Assembly (NCBI GenBank): GCA_963677595.1
Contig: OY782041.1
Coordinates: forward strand, 4,032,001-4,096,000
DNA length: 64,000 nucleotides
DNA from: Spirochaetia bacterium
GTDB taxonomy: Bacteria > Spirochaetota > Spirochaetia > CAKZLE01
Direction of reading: 5' to 3'
In this document: positions 49,029-59,852 of the stretch, one piece after another
Numbering within the stretch: position 1 is the stretch's first letter
Layout of the letters: every line of letters starts with the position of its first letter
Made by a program: the position numbers and the translations under genes
The notes under the pieces: model-generated
Told to the model about the DNA's origin: nothing
Database searches by the model: none
What the model saw: the letters and a program-made list of their open reading frames with translations, nothing else

Positions 49029-50204
49029 CTAGAAGAACTCTTCCGGGTCGATGGCGACCCCGTCCTTGGTGATCTTGAAGAAGAGCATCGGGGTGAGGAT
49101 CCTCCCGGTATTGCCCATCGTCCCGATCCTATCCCCCTGTTCCACGGAGTTGCCTACCTCGACGTAGAGCCTGTCGAGATGGCCGTAAGTAGTCTGGTAG
49201 CCGTTGTCATGGTCGATGACGATATACCTGCCGAGATCTCCCTGGTTGTTCTCCACGGCGATGACGGTGCCGGTATTGGCGGCATCCACCCGGGTGCCGA
49301 GTTCATCCTCGATATACACCCCGTCAACCCTCTTGATCTCGCCGGTGATGATATCCTCCATGGAGGAGGCGAACCCGTAGGTTATCCTTCCTTCAGCAGG
49401 CCGGGTGAAGAGCGTGTTCATGACGATCTGGTAGTCTTCCCTGCTGATGACCCGGTTCGGGATGAAGAGCCTCTCCCCGATCCTGATCAACGAGGACTTG
49501 AGTCCGTTCACGTCCGCTAAGGTCACATACCCCATACCGTAGCTGTAGGCGATGACCGAGAGGCTGTCCCCAGCCTTGACGGTATACATCTGCCCGTCGC
49601 GATCCGGGATGCTAAGGCTCATGCCCACCTTGATGTCATTCACGTCCGAGATGCTGTTGACACTGATCACAGTCTCCGGGAGGAGGCCGTAGGAGGCAGC
49701 GATACGGTTGACCGTATCACCGGCCTTGACGGTATAGGACGTATAGGAGACCGGTGTGTTCGAGATCTCACCGGCTTCTTCGTAGGCAGGGCCCTCCGGT
49801 TTCGGAACTGTATCTTCGACCGGCTCCCCTGCCTCCTCGGCAGGCTCATCAGCCGGTTCCTCCGCAGGAGCTACCGGTACAGGGGCCTCTTCCGAAGGTG
49901 CGGGGGTATCGACCGGTTCGGTGACATCAGGTTCTGCTGCAGGGACGGCCTCCGGGACCTGGATGATCTCCCCGAGGGCATCCTCCACGGCCTCGTCATC
50001 CGCGATGACGATCGAATCCAGTTTCTCAGCGGCGCCTTTCTCAGCAGTGTTGTCGCTGCGGATCAGCAGGACGATGGCGCCGACAGCCAGGAGGATCAGG
50101 ATGATGATGACAGTCGTGATGATGTTCTTGATCGTCCTGAACCTGCGGTCCTCTTCCCGCGCCTTCGGATCTGAGGACATATCGTCATATGATTGATGGG
50201 CCAT
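49029..50204 (-). CDS. LysM + M23 peptidase-domain membrane protein
   Basis: TM anchor, Pro/Glu-rich linker, two LysM (YTVKAGD), M23 YQTTYGHL...IGTMGNTG. Confidence 0.85.
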   Translation of the reverse strand: MAHQSYDDMSSDPKAREEDRRFRTIKNIITTVIIILILLAVGAIVLLIRSDNTAEKGAAEKLDSIVIADDEAVEDALGEIIQVPEAVPAAEPDVTEPVDTPAPSEEAPVPVAPAEEPADEPAEEAGEPVEDTVPKPEGPAYEEAGEISNTPVSYTSYTVKAGDTVNRIAASYGLLPETVISVNSISDVNDIKVGMSLSIPDRDGQMYTVKAGDSLSVIAYSYGMGYVTLADVNGLKSSLIRIGERLFIPNRVISREDYQIVMNTLFTRPAEGRITYGFASSMEDIITGEIKRVDGVYIEDELGTRVDAANTGTVIAVENNQGDLGRYIVIDHDNGYQTTYGHLDRLYVEVGNSVEQGDRIGTMGNTGRILTPMLFFKITKDGVAIDPEEFF

Positions 50205-50258
50205 AACCTGTTACCTACTATCGACAATTCTTACTAATCATATTAATATATTTTCACA

Positions 50259-51932
50259 ATGGATTCCAGAGGAAAAAAACTGTTTTACTATTTGCTCGTC
50301 TCTCTGACAGTCATTGTGACAGGCGTCATGATCGTCCATTATGCGGTGATCATGTTCCCTTCCGACACCAGGGAATACCATGAGCCCCTCGTCTCGAGCC
50401 GCGTCCAGCGGGGTACGATCTATGACCGCAACGGTACCATCCTCGCCTATGAGACCCCCTACTACTCCTGCGCCGTCCTCATCCGGGAGATCGACTCGAT
50501 CTCAGAGACCGCCGATGACCTCTCGCTCCTGCTCTCCATGGACCGACAGGATATCTTCGACAAGCTTGATGCGAGCACGACCTATGCACTGGTCAAGAAA
50601 CGTCTTGACGACGCCGAATATAAGCAGCTGCGGAGCGCGATCGACAGCGGGGACCTGCCCGGCGTTACCTTGGAGAAGCGGTACGGCAGAGTCTACCCGC
50701 AGCTTCAGCACGGAGCCCATGTCATCGGGTTCACCAATATCGACAATGTCGGCCTCGCCGGGGTCGAGTATACCTTCGACAGGCTGCTCTCCCCCCTGCC
50801 AGACCCCTCGAAGGACATCACCTACGGGGATGACATCTATGTGACCCTGGACCACAGGATCCAGTACTCAGCAGACGTCCACTGCCGGGAGCTCGCCGAG
50901 GAGCATGACCCTGACAGCGCCACGGTCCTCGTCATGGATGCGAAGACCGGGGAACTCCTCGCATGGACCTCCTACCCCTGGTTCGACCTCAACGCCTACA
51001 ACACCGCCACTGCCGAGCAGCGGCTCAACCGCCCGATCAACTCGATGTATGAACCCGGCTCGGTCTTCAAGGTCTTCTCACTGGCCTCCATCCTCGCTGT
51101 CGGGGAAGCGAACACCAACGAGATCTTCCTCTGTGACGGTTCCTACACCTTCACGATGCCGAACGGCAAGTCAGCCACGATCAACTGCCTTGCCGAGCAT
51201 GGGGAGGTCGGGCCGCGGGAGATGCTCAAGTACTCCTGCAACGGGGCAGTCGCTTCCTGGTCCCTCCAGACCGATGACGATCTCTTCTATGAGTACCTGA
51301 ATGCCCTGGGGTTCAATGCGAAGACGGGAATACAGCTCCCCGGCGAGGCTTCAGGGATGATCCAGCCGGTCTCCAACTGGTCTGGCCGGTCGAAACCGAC
51401 GATCGCCTTCGGCCAGGAGCTCGGCACCACCGCCCTGCAGATCGCTGCTGCGGCAACGGCGCTCACGAACGCGGGGGAACTGCTGAAGCCGAGGATCATC
51501 CATGCAGTGTTCCACCAGGAGGACGGGACCTTCGAGTATCCGGGAAGGGAGGTCGTTCGTGAGGCCCTCCCTCCAGAAGTCGCTGCGAACGTGCTTGATA
51601 TGATGCAGGCTGGTACGGAACCGGGAGGGACAGCCGTGTTCGCGAAACGGGACGGCGTCGCTGTGTCAGCGAAGACGGGGACCGCCCAGCTGCTCGATAT
51701 CGAGACGCATACCTACTCGCCTGACCATGTCCTCGCATCGACGCTGGCTATATTACCGGCTGACGACCCGAAGTACATCATCTACGTCTCTGCAGACAAT
51801 CCCAAGGGGGGACAGTACTATGGGAGCCGCGTCGCGGCCCCTACGATCGAGAAGATCACCTCTGACCTGGTCTCCATGGGACTCCTCACGAGTGATGAGA
51901 GCGAGATCCTCTATCTTTCCGATGACCTCTGA
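50259..51932 (+). CDS. Class B penicillin-binding protein (FtsI-like transpeptidase)
   Basis: RGTIYDRNG, EPGSVFK (SxxK), SCN (SxN), KTGTAQ. Confidence 0.92.
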   Translation: MDSRGKKLFYYLLVSLTVIVTGVMIVHYAVIMFPSDTREYHEPLVSSRVQRGTIYDRNGTILAYETPYYSCAVLIREIDSISETADDLSLLLSMDRQDIFDKLDASTTYALVKKRLDDAEYKQLRSAIDSGDLPGVTLEKRYGRVYPQLQHGAHVIGFTNIDNVGLAGVEYTFDRLLSPLPDPSKDITYGDDIYVTLDHRIQYSADVHCRELAEEHDPDSATVLVMDAKTGELLAWTSYPWFDLNAYNTATAEQRLNRPINSMYEPGSVFKVFSLASILAVGEANTNEIFLCDGSYTFTMPNGKSATINCLAEHGEVGPREMLKYSCNGAVASWSLQTDDDLFYEYLNALGFNAKTGIQLPGEASGMIQPVSNWSGRSKPTIAFGQELGTTALQIAAAATALTNAGELLKPRIIHAVFHQEDGTFEYPGREVVREALPPEVAANVLDMMQAGTEPGGTAVFAKRDGVAVSAKTGTAQLLDIETHTYSPDHVLASTLAILPADDPKYIIYVSADNPKGGQYYGSRVAAPTIEKITSDLVSMGLLTSDESEILYLSDDL

Positions 51933-52789
51933 TGTGACATGAGCCGCCTCACCAGGCCGCTGATCCCGGTGCCGAGCGAGTTGATGATGATCTGGTTGTC
52001 GATGATCTGGGCCATCTCCTGCATCTTCACTGATGCGGGACATTCAGGATAGCCGTCGACGAAGGGCTTGCGCTCGAGGATCGAGTTGCGGACCTTCCGG
52101 TCCTCTGTGATCGTCCCGAAGTGCTTCACATGCAGGCCGAGGAAATGGACGGCAGCACCCTTGAGCTTTGCATAGATCCGATCTCCCTGCTCCTCGGTGA
52201 ACGCCCTGTTCACGATGATGTTCAGTTCCGGAAGCATGGAACGCTTCGCCCGGGAGAGCACCTTGATCACCCCGTAGGCATCCTGGAGCGAGGTCGGTTC
52301 CGGGTTCACGATGATGAATGCATCCTCGGCAGCCAGGACGAAGTCGATGACGTTCCTCGTGATCCCCGCACCGGTATCGATGATCAGGTAATCGGCCTCA
52401 GAGAGTTTCTGGAGTTCACGTATGAAGAGCTTCCGCTTGTGGTCCGGGAGGTTCGCGATGCTGGCCATCCCCGAGACCCCGCCAATGACCTTCATGTTCC
52501 GGTAGCGTGTCGGTACGATGACATCCTGTATGCTTCTCTTCCCACTCAGCACATCAGCCAGGGTGTACTTGGGGCGTATCCCGAGCATGATATCGACATT
52601 GGCCATCCCTAAGTCTGCATCGAGCAGGAGCACCTTCTTACCCGACCTTGCGAGCTGGACCGCCAGGTTGACCGCGATGCAGGTCTTCCCGACCCCGCCC
52701 TTCCCGCTGGTCACCGTGATGATCCGAGTCTCTCTCCTGGTCATATTCCGCAGGGTCTCAGCCTGGTCGGTCACAGCGTCTCCCTCCAT
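51911..52789 (-). CDS. flhG: FlhG/FleN MinD-like ATPase
   Basis: N-terminal DQAETLR, TSGKGGVGKT, DADLGMAN, DTGAG, PEPTSLQDAY. Confidence 0.9.
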   Translation of the reverse strand: MEGDAVTDQAETLRNMTRRETRIITVTSGKGGVGKTCIAVNLAVQLARSGKKVLLLDADLGMANVDIMLGIRPKYTLADVLSGKRSIQDVIVPTRYRNMKVIGGVSGMASIANLPDHKRKLFIRELQKLSEADYLIIDTGAGITRNVIDFVLAAEDAFIIVNPEPTSLQDAYGVIKVLSRAKRSMLPELNIIVNRAFTEEQGDRIYAKLKGAAVHFLGLHVKHFGTITEDRKVRNSILERKPFVDGYPECPASVKMQEMAQIIDNQIIINSLGTGISGLVRRLMSHQRSSER

Positions 52790-53859
52790 TCGTTCACGTC
52801 ACCTATCTGGAAGTTTGCCAGGTCCACCGAGAACCCCTGGAGCTTCTGGAGGAAGAGCCCCTCCGTCATGGGCAGGAGGTCCTGCGGGACCCGCTGTCCC
52901 GTCGCCAGGTAGAGGACGGGCAGCTCCACCTCATGCATGAGGCTGATGAGGTTCCCGACGAGTTCCGTCTCATCGAGCTTGGTGAAGATGAGGCTCGAGA
53001 TGGGGAAGTCCGCGAACCGGTCGATCATGCGGTGTATATCGGAGTTCTTCATGGAGGCGGAGACCGCCAGCACGAAGAGGGCGTCCCTGCGGTTGATGCA
53101 GGGGGTGAGGACATCCACCATCTCCTGGTGGATCTCCACATCCTTGGGACTCTTCCCGATCGTGTCGATCAGGACGATGTCGGTCTCCTCAGTCTCCGCA
53201 AGCATGGCCTTGAGCTGCTTTTGCGTCCTGACCTCCTCCACCGGGATGCCCATGATCTCCCCGAAGGTGGTGATCTGGGCACGGGCACCGATCCGGTAGC
53301 TGTCGATGGAGATGATCCGGATGCTCTTCCGGGCAGTTTTCCCCTTTGCATCCATCCCCTGGAGGGCTGCGATCTTGGCGATGGTGGTGGTCTTCCCGAC
53401 ACCGGTCGAACCGAGCAGGATGAACCCGTGAGGCATGGCGATCTGGTGCTTCCGGTCGACCTTGATGCTGTCGCTTATCCAGGAGAGCACCTTGAGCTCG
53501 GTGAACTCATGGTCGTCGAGCTCCTCAGGCTCGCACTCCTGCTTCAGTCGGTCGATGACATAGCTGACATAGGCAGCCGTGAACTCGTTGGCGATGAGGA
53601 GCTCCCTGATATGGCTGAAGTCTCCATCACAGAAGAGCCGCTTCTGCGGCTCGGGCTCCTTACGGACGACCTCGGTACGAGGTGCAGGCGTCTCGATGAT
53701 GTAGGCGGAGACCTCGAAGATGTCGCGACGGCCTATCCCGAGAAACCCCCGCTTCTCGATATGCTTCGTTGAGTACACCCGTATGTCAGCACCATACTGC
53801 CTGTGCAGCCTGGAGACCGCCTCATCGTAGGAGGAAGCCCGCTCCGTCACGTATTCCAT
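52771..53859 (-). CDS. flhF: SRP-family GTPase FlhF
   Basis: N-terminal B domain (YG.D...GFLGIG), [39 protein letters not shown]. Confidence 0.92.
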   Translation of the reverse strand: MEYVTERASSYDEAVSRLHRQYGADIRVYSTKHIEKRGFLGIGRRDIFEVSAYIIETPAPRTEVVRKEPEPQKRLFCDGDFSHIRELLIANEFTAAYVSYVIDRLKQECEPEELDDHEFTELKVLSWISDSIKVDRKHQIAMPHGFILLGSTGVGKTTTIAKIAALQGMDAKGKTARKSIRIISIDSYRIGARAQITTFGEIMGIPVEEVRTQKQLKAMLAETEETDIVLIDTIGKSPKDVEIHQEMVDVLTPCINRRDALFVLAVSASMKNSDIHRMIDRFADFPISSLIFTKLDETELVGNLISLMHEVELPVLYLATGQRVPQDLLPMTEGLFLQKLQGFSVDLANFQIGDVNEWRETL

Positions 53860-53883
53860 AATCTCTTCTGGGATCTCCTTCCC

Positions 53884-55263
53884 CTACAGGATGTACCGGC
53901 TCAGGTCCCGATCCTCCATGATATCCTGCAGCCGGTCATCCACGTATTGTTCGGTGATGGTGATCGTCTGCCCGGTGAGCTCACTGGCGTTGAAGGAGAC
54001 ATCCTCGAGCAGCCGCTCCATGATGGTATGGAGCCTCCTGGCCCCGATGTTCTCCGTCTTCCGGTTCACTTCTGCCGCGATCTGGCTCATCCTGCGGATC
54101 GAGTCATCGGTGAACTCGATCTCGACGTTCTCGGTCCGGATCAGCTCGGTATACTGCTTGGTGATCGCATGCTCCGGCTCCCGCAGGATCCGGTAGAAGT
54201 CATCACTGGTGAGGTCGTTCAGCTCGACCCGCAGGGGGAACCGCCCCTGGAGTTCGGGAATGAGGTCCGACGGCTTGCTCATATGGAAGGCACCGGCCGC
54301 GATGAAGAGGATGTGGGAGGTGTCGACCATCCCGAACTTGGTATTGACCTTGCAGCCCTCGACGATGGGGAGGATATCTCTCTGGACCCCTTCTCTCGAT
54401 ACATCCGGCCCGCCGCCCCCGTGCTTGCCGATGGCGACCTTGTCAATCTCATCGATGAAGATGATCCCGAGCTGTTCTACCCGGTCCTTGGCTATGTCGC
54501 TTGCCCGGTCCATGTCGACGAGCTTGTCCATCTCCTCCTCGAGCAGGAGTTCCTTGGCACGCTTGACAGTGACGCTCCGTTTCTTCTTCTTGCCGCCGAA
54601 GATGTTCCCGATGCTGTTCATGGCATTCTGCAGGTCATCCATCGACCCCCCGGCCATGATCTCGACCCCTGAGGCAGGCTTGTTCGATACGGAGACCTCG
54701 ATCTCGCGCTCATCGAGCTTACCGTCCCGGAGCATCTTGCGGAACTTTTCCCGCGTGCTGGTCTTCTCGCTCTCCCCATCCGGTGCGACGACGATGACGT
54801 CCGTCTCCTCAGAGGCTTTCTCCGGCTTCTTGGCCTTGACCCCGGGCAAGAGGAGGTCGAGCAGGTGCTCCTCAGCACGCCGCTTCGCCTCTTCCTCGAC
54901 AGCCTCTGCCAGTTCTGACTTGACCATCGAGACGGCAACACTCATGAGGTCCCTGACCATCGACTCGACATCACGGCCGACATAGCCGACCTCGGTGTAC
55001 TTGGATGCCTCGACCTTCACGAAGGGTGCCCCGCTGAGGCGGGAGAGCCTCCTCGCGATCTCGGTCTTCCCGACACCGGTGGACCCGATCATGATGATGT
55101 TCTTCGGGGAGATCTCCTCCTGGAGCTCCTTGGGGAGCCTTCTCCTCCGAACACGGTTCCGCAGGGCAATGGCGACGACGCGCTTGGCCTCGTCCTGCCC
55201 GATGATGTATTTATCAAGTTCCCTGACGATCTCGGCAGGTACCATCTCATCCAGATTCCTCAT
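53884..55263 (-). CDS. hslU: ATP-dependent protease ATPase HslU
   Basis: [45 protein letters not shown]. Confidence 0.97.
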   Translation of the reverse strand: MRNLDEMVPAEIVRELDKYIIGQDEAKRVVAIALRNRVRRRRLPKELQEEISPKNIIMIGSTGVGKTEIARRLSRLSGAPFVKVEASKYTEVGYVGRDVESMVRDLMSVAVSMVKSELAEAVEEEAKRRAEEHLLDLLLPGVKAKKPEKASEETDVIVVAPDGESEKTSTREKFRKMLRDGKLDEREIEVSVSNKPASGVEIMAGGSMDDLQNAMNSIGNIFGGKKKKRSVTVKRAKELLLEEEMDKLVDMDRASDIAKDRVEQLGIIFIDEIDKVAIGKHGGGGPDVSREGVQRDILPIVEGCKVNTKFGMVDTSHILFIAAGAFHMSKPSDLIPELQGRFPLRVELNDLTSDDFYRILREPEHAITKQYTELIRTENVEIEFTDDSIRRMSQIAAEVNRKTENIGARRLHTIMERLLEDVSFNASELTGQTITITEQYVDDRLQDIMEDRDLSRYIL

Positions 55264-55796
55264 GCTTCCAACTCCTCGACAATGATGCTCCCGTTCGTGT
55301 AGATACAGATCTCCGATGCGATCTCAAGCGCCTTCCGTGCCGTCGTTGCGGCATCATAGGCATCCACATCCATATAAGCCCGTGCCGCGGCATAGGCGTA
55401 GGACCCGCCGGAACCGATCGCGATGCAGTCATGCTCAGGCTGGACCACGTCCCCCGTCCCCGAGATGAGGAAGGTGACATCCTTGTCCGCCACGATCATC
55501 ATGGCATCGAGCTTCTGCAGGGTCCTGTCGGTCCTCCACTCCTTTGCCATCTCCACGGCAGCCCGGGTCAGGTCACCGTCATACTGGGAGAGTCTCTTCT
55601 CTATCAGCTCGAAGAGCGTGAAGGCATCTGCCGTCGCGCCGGCGAAGCCGGTGATCACCCGGTCATGGTAGAGCCTGCGCACCTTCCGTGCGTTCCCCTT
55701 CATGACGGTATTCCCCAGGGTGACCTGTCCGTCACCCGCTATTGCCACGCTCCCGCCCTTCCTGACGGCTAATATGGTGGTCCCTCTAAAACTCAT
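55260..55796 (-). CDS. hslV: ATP-dependent protease subunit HslV
   Basis: [28 protein letters not shown]; start moved to ATG 55796. Confidence 0.96.
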   Translation of the reverse strand: MSFRGTTILAVRKGGSVAIAGDGQVTLGNTVMKGNARKVRRLYHDRVITGFAGATADAFTLFELIEKRLSQYDGDLTRAAVEMAKEWRTDRTLQKLDAMMIVADKDVTFLISGTGDVVQPEHDCIAIGSGGSYAYAAARAYMDVDAYDAATTARKALEIASEICIYTNGSIIVEELEA

Positions 55797-56712
55797 CGTT
55801 AGTTCTCCTTCCATGCGGATGGGCATCAGTATACACATCCTTCAGCCGCTTCACGCTGACATGTGAATAGATCTGGGTCGTCGAGATGTTCTCGTGCCCG
55901 AGCAGCTCCTGCACTACCCTGATCCCTGCGTCGTGGTCGAGCAGCTGGGTAGCGAAGGTATGCCTGAATGTGTGCGGCGTCACGTGTTTTTCTATCCCTG
56001 TCTTCTTCGCATATGTTTGAAAAATATAGTGAACACCCTGCGGAGTCAACTGTTTTCCCTGTTTATTGATAAAAAGTGAGGACGTGCGCACCGGATCGGC
56101 ACCAAGGCCCTCAAGATAGGTGCTCCTCAGCCTCAGGTAGGTCCCTATATCCGAGACAGCAGAATCAGAGAGGAAGACAAACCGGTCCTTGCTCCCCTTG
56201 CCGTGGACGATGACCCGACCCCGGGGAAGGTCGAGGTCCTTCACCTCCATGGCCAGCAGTTCCGAGAGCCTGCAGCCCGTCGAGTAGAGGACCCGGAAGA
56301 TCACCCGGTCGCGCATGCCGAACACGTCGTGGCCCGGGGCGTGGATGAACCTCCGCACCTCCTCGACAGTCAGCACAGCAGGGAGGGTCCGCTGCCGCTT
56401 CATGCTCTTCACCAGGGAGAAGGGGTTCTCCGAGACGATCTCGAACCGAAGGCAGTAGGCGTAGAAGGTCTTGACCCCGGAGATGATCCGGTTCATGCTG
56501 CTCTCGCTGTAGGAATCACGCTTGAGACCAGTGACGAAGCGCCTGGCGTCCTCGAAACGCAGAGAACCGAATACCAGCCCCTGACTGCCGATGAATGCGC
56601 CCAAGAGCTTCAGGTCATGCGCATAGGCACTGACCGTGTGGTCAGAGAAGTTTCGTATATCGCGGCAGTAGACGAGATAGGAATCGATCGCGGCATCAAG
56701 GTCAGGGTTCAT
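55786..56712 (-). CDS. xerC: Tyrosine recombinase XerC
   Basis: [39 protein letters not shown]; position between dprA and hslV. Confidence 0.85.
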   Translation of the reverse strand: MNPDLDAAIDSYLVYCRDIRNFSDHTVSAYAHDLKLLGAFIGSQGLVFGSLRFEDARRFVTGLKRDSYSESSMNRIISGVKTFYAYCLRFEIVSENPFSLVKSMKRQRTLPAVLTVEEVRRFIHAPGHDVFGMRDRVIFRVLYSTGCRLSELLAMEVKDLDLPRGRVIVHGKGSKDRFVFLSDSAVSDIGTYLRLRSTYLEGLGADPVRTSSLFINKQGKQLTPQGVHYIFQTYAKKTGIEKHVTPHTFRHTFATQLLDHDAGIRVVQELLGHENISTTQIYSHVSVKRLKDVYTDAHPHGRRTNDEF

Positions 56713-57682
56713 CGTTCCTCCAGATCACAAAACGTTGGGAGCCGTACCAGATCACCTTCTCCACGCTGCTCCCCTGCGGGGGAGCACCCTGCGTGACCTG
56801 CAGTCCCATTGTACCATTCCCGCCTACGGCCCTCAATAGGTCCTGTAGGCTTTCGACCACCACGGCCCCGTCCTCTGCCAGCTTCCGGGTACCGTCCGAC
56901 CGCGGGGAAGCACACATGGCCCCGTCCACGAGAACGTCCCTTCCCTGCTCGAGCGCGAAGTCAGCCGTGATCAGCGCACCCGAGGCTGCGGGGGCCTCGA
57001 CGATGCAGACGGCGGAGCTCAGCCCGCTCAGCAGCCGGTTGCGCTTGGGGAAGGTCCATCGCTTCGGGCCCATCCAGGGAGGGAACTCCGTCAGCACCCC
57101 TCCCCCTGCATCGATCATCTTCCGGCAGAGGCTGATATGCGCCTTGGGGTAGATGCTCTCCAGCCCGCTCCCGATCACCGACCAGGTCCTCCCGCCCGCA
57201 CCAGCTGCCCCGGCATGGGCTGCCGCATCGATCCCGTAGGCCAGGCCTGAGAAGACAGGGCATCCTCCCAGGGCCAGCGAGGCACCGATCATGAAGGCAC
57301 GGTGTATGCCGGCTGTCGTTGCCCGCCGGGTGCCCACGACCGCGACCCCGGCCGCGGCAGGCGGCAAGTTCCCCCACACGTAGAGCAGGTAGGGGGGATC
57401 GTAGATATGCCTGAGCAGGGGCGGGAACTGCTCATCCGCTGCACTGAGGAGGCTGTACCCCCCTCGGGCACATGAGTTTGCTGCCATGTCTGCCTGGGAA
57501 CTGAGCTTCGTACGGTCATAGACCGAGGATGCGTACCTCCTGCCGATCAGGCGTGAGATAGCACGGTGGTCGAGGGTGAGGATCGTCCTGGTATCAAGTA
57601 GGCTCTCGATCCTCTGTGCTTCAGCCGCTGACAGGTTCGGTATGAGGCTGATGCACAACTGCTTGTATCGGTAATCATCCAT
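56702..57682 (-). CDS. dprA: DNA-processing protein DprA/Smf
   Basis: VAVVGTR, SGLAYGIDAAAH, FPKRNR, VEA...SGALITA. Confidence 0.93.
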   Translation of the reverse strand: MDDYRYKQLCISLIPNLSAAEAQRIESLLDTRTILTLDHRAISRLIGRRYASSVYDRTKLSSQADMAANSCARGGYSLLSAADEQFPPLLRHIYDPPYLLYVWGNLPPAAAGVAVVGTRRATTAGIHRAFMIGASLALGGCPVFSGLAYGIDAAAHAGAAGAGGRTWSVIGSGLESIYPKAHISLCRKMIDAGGGVLTEFPPWMGPKRWTFPKRNRLLSGLSSAVCIVEAPAASGALITADFALEQGRDVLVDGAMCASPRSDGTRKLAEDGAVVVESLQDLLRAVGGNGTMGLQVTQGAPPQGSSVEKVIWYGSQRFVIWRNDEP

Positions 57683-57720
57683 TGGTTTCCTCCATACCTA
57701 CTATGAACAGGAAAAAACCG

Positions 57721-58632
57721 TTATTGATTCAAATCTTCGATCTCCGGGAGGAATTTCTTATGGTAATCCTGCAGTTCGTCCGTGCAGATGTGCGTGTAGA
57801 TCTGCGTGGTGCTGATGTCGCTGTGGCCGAGCAGCTCCTGCACGACCCTGAGGTCGGCACCGTTTGACAGCAGGTGTGTCGCGAAGGAGTGGCGGAGGGT
57901 ATGCACCTTCGATTCCAGCCCCGCGGCAGCGGCATATTTCCTCACCATCCTCCAGGCGGCCTGCCTGGTCACGTCCGTCCCCCTGGAGGAGAGGAACACG
58001 CTCTTGGTCATCCTGCCCGGCTTGAGGTATTCCGGTCCGCGGACCTCTTTCATATACCTCTGCAGCCAGTAGAGGGCGACCTCCCCGATGGGGATGATCC
58101 GCTCCTTGGATCCCTTCCCGATGACCCGCAGGAGCTCTTCGGAGAAGAAGATATCTGAAACTTCAAGGCCTACCGCCTCGCTCACCCGCAGGCCGCAGGA
58201 GTAGATCAGCTCGATGAGGGCCCGGTCCCGGATGCCCATCAGGCTGTCAGTATCGATCCGTGCGAGGAGTTCCTCTACCTGGGAGACCGTCAGGACCGAG
58301 GGGATCCGGCGTGAGACCTTCACGCGCTCGACCCGGTCTGCCGGGTTGTCGCTGCGGAGACGGTCATGCTGGAGGTACCGGAAGAAGGACCTGATGACCG
58401 TGACGGCCTTCGCGATGGTCCTGGCATCGAGGCCCCGCTCGCTCTTCTCGGAGATGTAGGAGATGAGCCCGGCTGGATCGACTGCGAGGGCATCGGTCCC
58501 GATTCCCTCGAGATGCTGCAGGAACAGCTCGCTCTCCCGCATATAATCGCTGACCGTCGACTCACTCAGCCGGAGTTCGACGGTCAGGTAATCCTCATAG
58601 TGATCGAGGAGGGTTCGTGAGGCAGGGAGCAT
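57721..58632 (-). CDS. xerD: Tyrosine recombinase XerD
   Basis: [47 protein letters not shown]. Confidence 0.88.
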   Translation of the reverse strand: MLPASRTLLDHYEDYLTVELRLSESTVSDYMRESELFLQHLEGIGTDALAVDPAGLISYISEKSERGLDARTIAKAVTVIRSFFRYLQHDRLRSDNPADRVERVKVSRRIPSVLTVSQVEELLARIDTDSLMGIRDRALIELIYSCGLRVSEAVGLEVSDIFFSEELLRVIGKGSKERIIPIGEVALYWLQRYMKEVRGPEYLKPGRMTKSVFLSSRGTDVTRQAAWRMVRKYAAAAGLESKVHTLRHSFATHLLSNGADLRVVQELLGHSDISTTQIYTHICTDELQDYHKKFLPEIEDLNQ

Positions 58633-58637
58633 CTGTG

Positions 58638-59834
58638 CTATTTCTTCTCCCGTGAGTAGCGCAGTGCTGCCGGGTAGGAGAGATCATCTGATGTCTTCCC
58701 GGGACTCTGCATCCGCTCCTTGAGGTCCTGCCACCGGTCGATGGTGATGACCTCCTGGGGGATCTCCCGCTTCTCCGGCTCAGGAGGCTTCCTGAAGCCC
58801 ATGAGGTTCTCACTCTTGTGCTTGGTACTGAACTCCTCATAGGAGGGTTCCTGGCGATCGAACCCGGTAGCCACGAGCGTCACCTTGAGCTTGCCCTCGA
58901 GGTTGGGGTTGTGGGACTGGCCTGCGATGATCAGGGCATCCTCATCTGCATTCTCCGTGATGATCTCGACCACGTCCTGGTACTCCTTGAGGGTCAGGTC
59001 ATCCCCTCCCGAGAGGTTCACGAGGATCCCCTTCGCGCCCTCGATCCGTGCGTTCTCGAGCAGGGGGTTGTTGATCGCCTGCTCGGCAGCGATGATGGCG
59101 CGGTCAGCACCTTCTCCCACGCCGATGCCCATGAGCGCGTCGCCGCGTCCCTTCATGACGGTCCTGACGTCGGCGAAGTCAATATTGATCTCACCCGGTT
59201 CGGTGATCAGCTCACTGATCCCCTGCACGCCCTGCCTGAGGACGTCATCGGCGATCTGGAAGGCCTGCTTGATCGGGGTATTCGCCTCGACGATCTTCAG
59301 CAGGTACTGGTTCGGGATGATGATGAGGGTATCGACGCACTTCCTGAGACGCTCGATCCCTTCTGTTGCGAGGGTCTGCTTCTTCTTTCCCTCGAAGATG
59401 AAGGGGGTGGTCACTACCGCCACGGTCAGGGCATTCATGCTCTTGGCGACCTCGGCGATGGCAGGTGCCGCACCGGTACCGGTTCCGCCGCCCATCCCGG
59501 CAGTGATGAAGACCATGTCGGTGCCCTCGATGATCTTCTTGATGTCATCCTCGGACTCGATGGCAGCCTGCTCCCCGATCTCGGGGATACCGCCGGCACC
59601 GAGCCCCCCGGTGAGCTTCGACCCCAGTGGGAGGCGCTTCTCAGCCTTTGACCGCTGCAATGCCTGCACGTCGGTGTTGAGGGCAACATACTCGACGTTC
59701 TTCAGCCCTGCGGCAATCATCCGGTTGATCGCGTTCCCGCCGCCACCGCCGATGCCGAGGACCTTGATGACCGTAGGGGTCGAACGTTCCATAATATAAT
59801 CATCTGAATTCGGTAATATCTCAATGTTCATCAT
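58638..59834 (-). CDS. ftsZ: Cell division protein FtsZ
   Basis: [26 protein letters not shown]-terminal DLSYPAALR; ATG 59834 after GGAGG. Confidence 0.97.
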   Translation of the reverse strand: MMNIEILPNSDDYIMERSTPTVIKVLGIGGGGGNAINRMIAAGLKNVEYVALNTDVQALQRSKAEKRLPLGSKLTGGLGAGGIPEIGEQAAIESEDDIKKIIEGTDMVFITAGMGGGTGTGAAPAIAEVAKSMNALTVAVVTTPFIFEGKKKQTLATEGIERLRKCVDTLIIIPNQYLLKIVEANTPIKQAFQIADDVLRQGVQGISELITEPGEINIDFADVRTVMKGRGDALMGIGVGEGADRAIIAAEQAINNPLLENARIEGAKGILVNLSGGDDLTLKEYQDVVEIITENADEDALIIAGQSHNPNLEGKLKVTLVATGFDRQEPSYEEFSTKHKSENLMGFRKPPEPEKREIPQEVITIDRWQDLKERMQSPGKTSDDLSYPAALRYSREKK

Positions 59835-59852
59835 ATTCCTCCCCACTGCCTG

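Noticed and set aside
49800-49990. Repetitive-looking Pro/Glu/Ala stretch
   Set aside because: Low-complexity linker of the LysM protein, not a DNA repeat array.
55786-58632. Two tyrosine recombinases close together, suggesting an integrative element
   Set aside because: They have XerC/XerD motifs and sit in the conserved ftsZ-xerD-dprA-xerC-hslVU housekeeping context.
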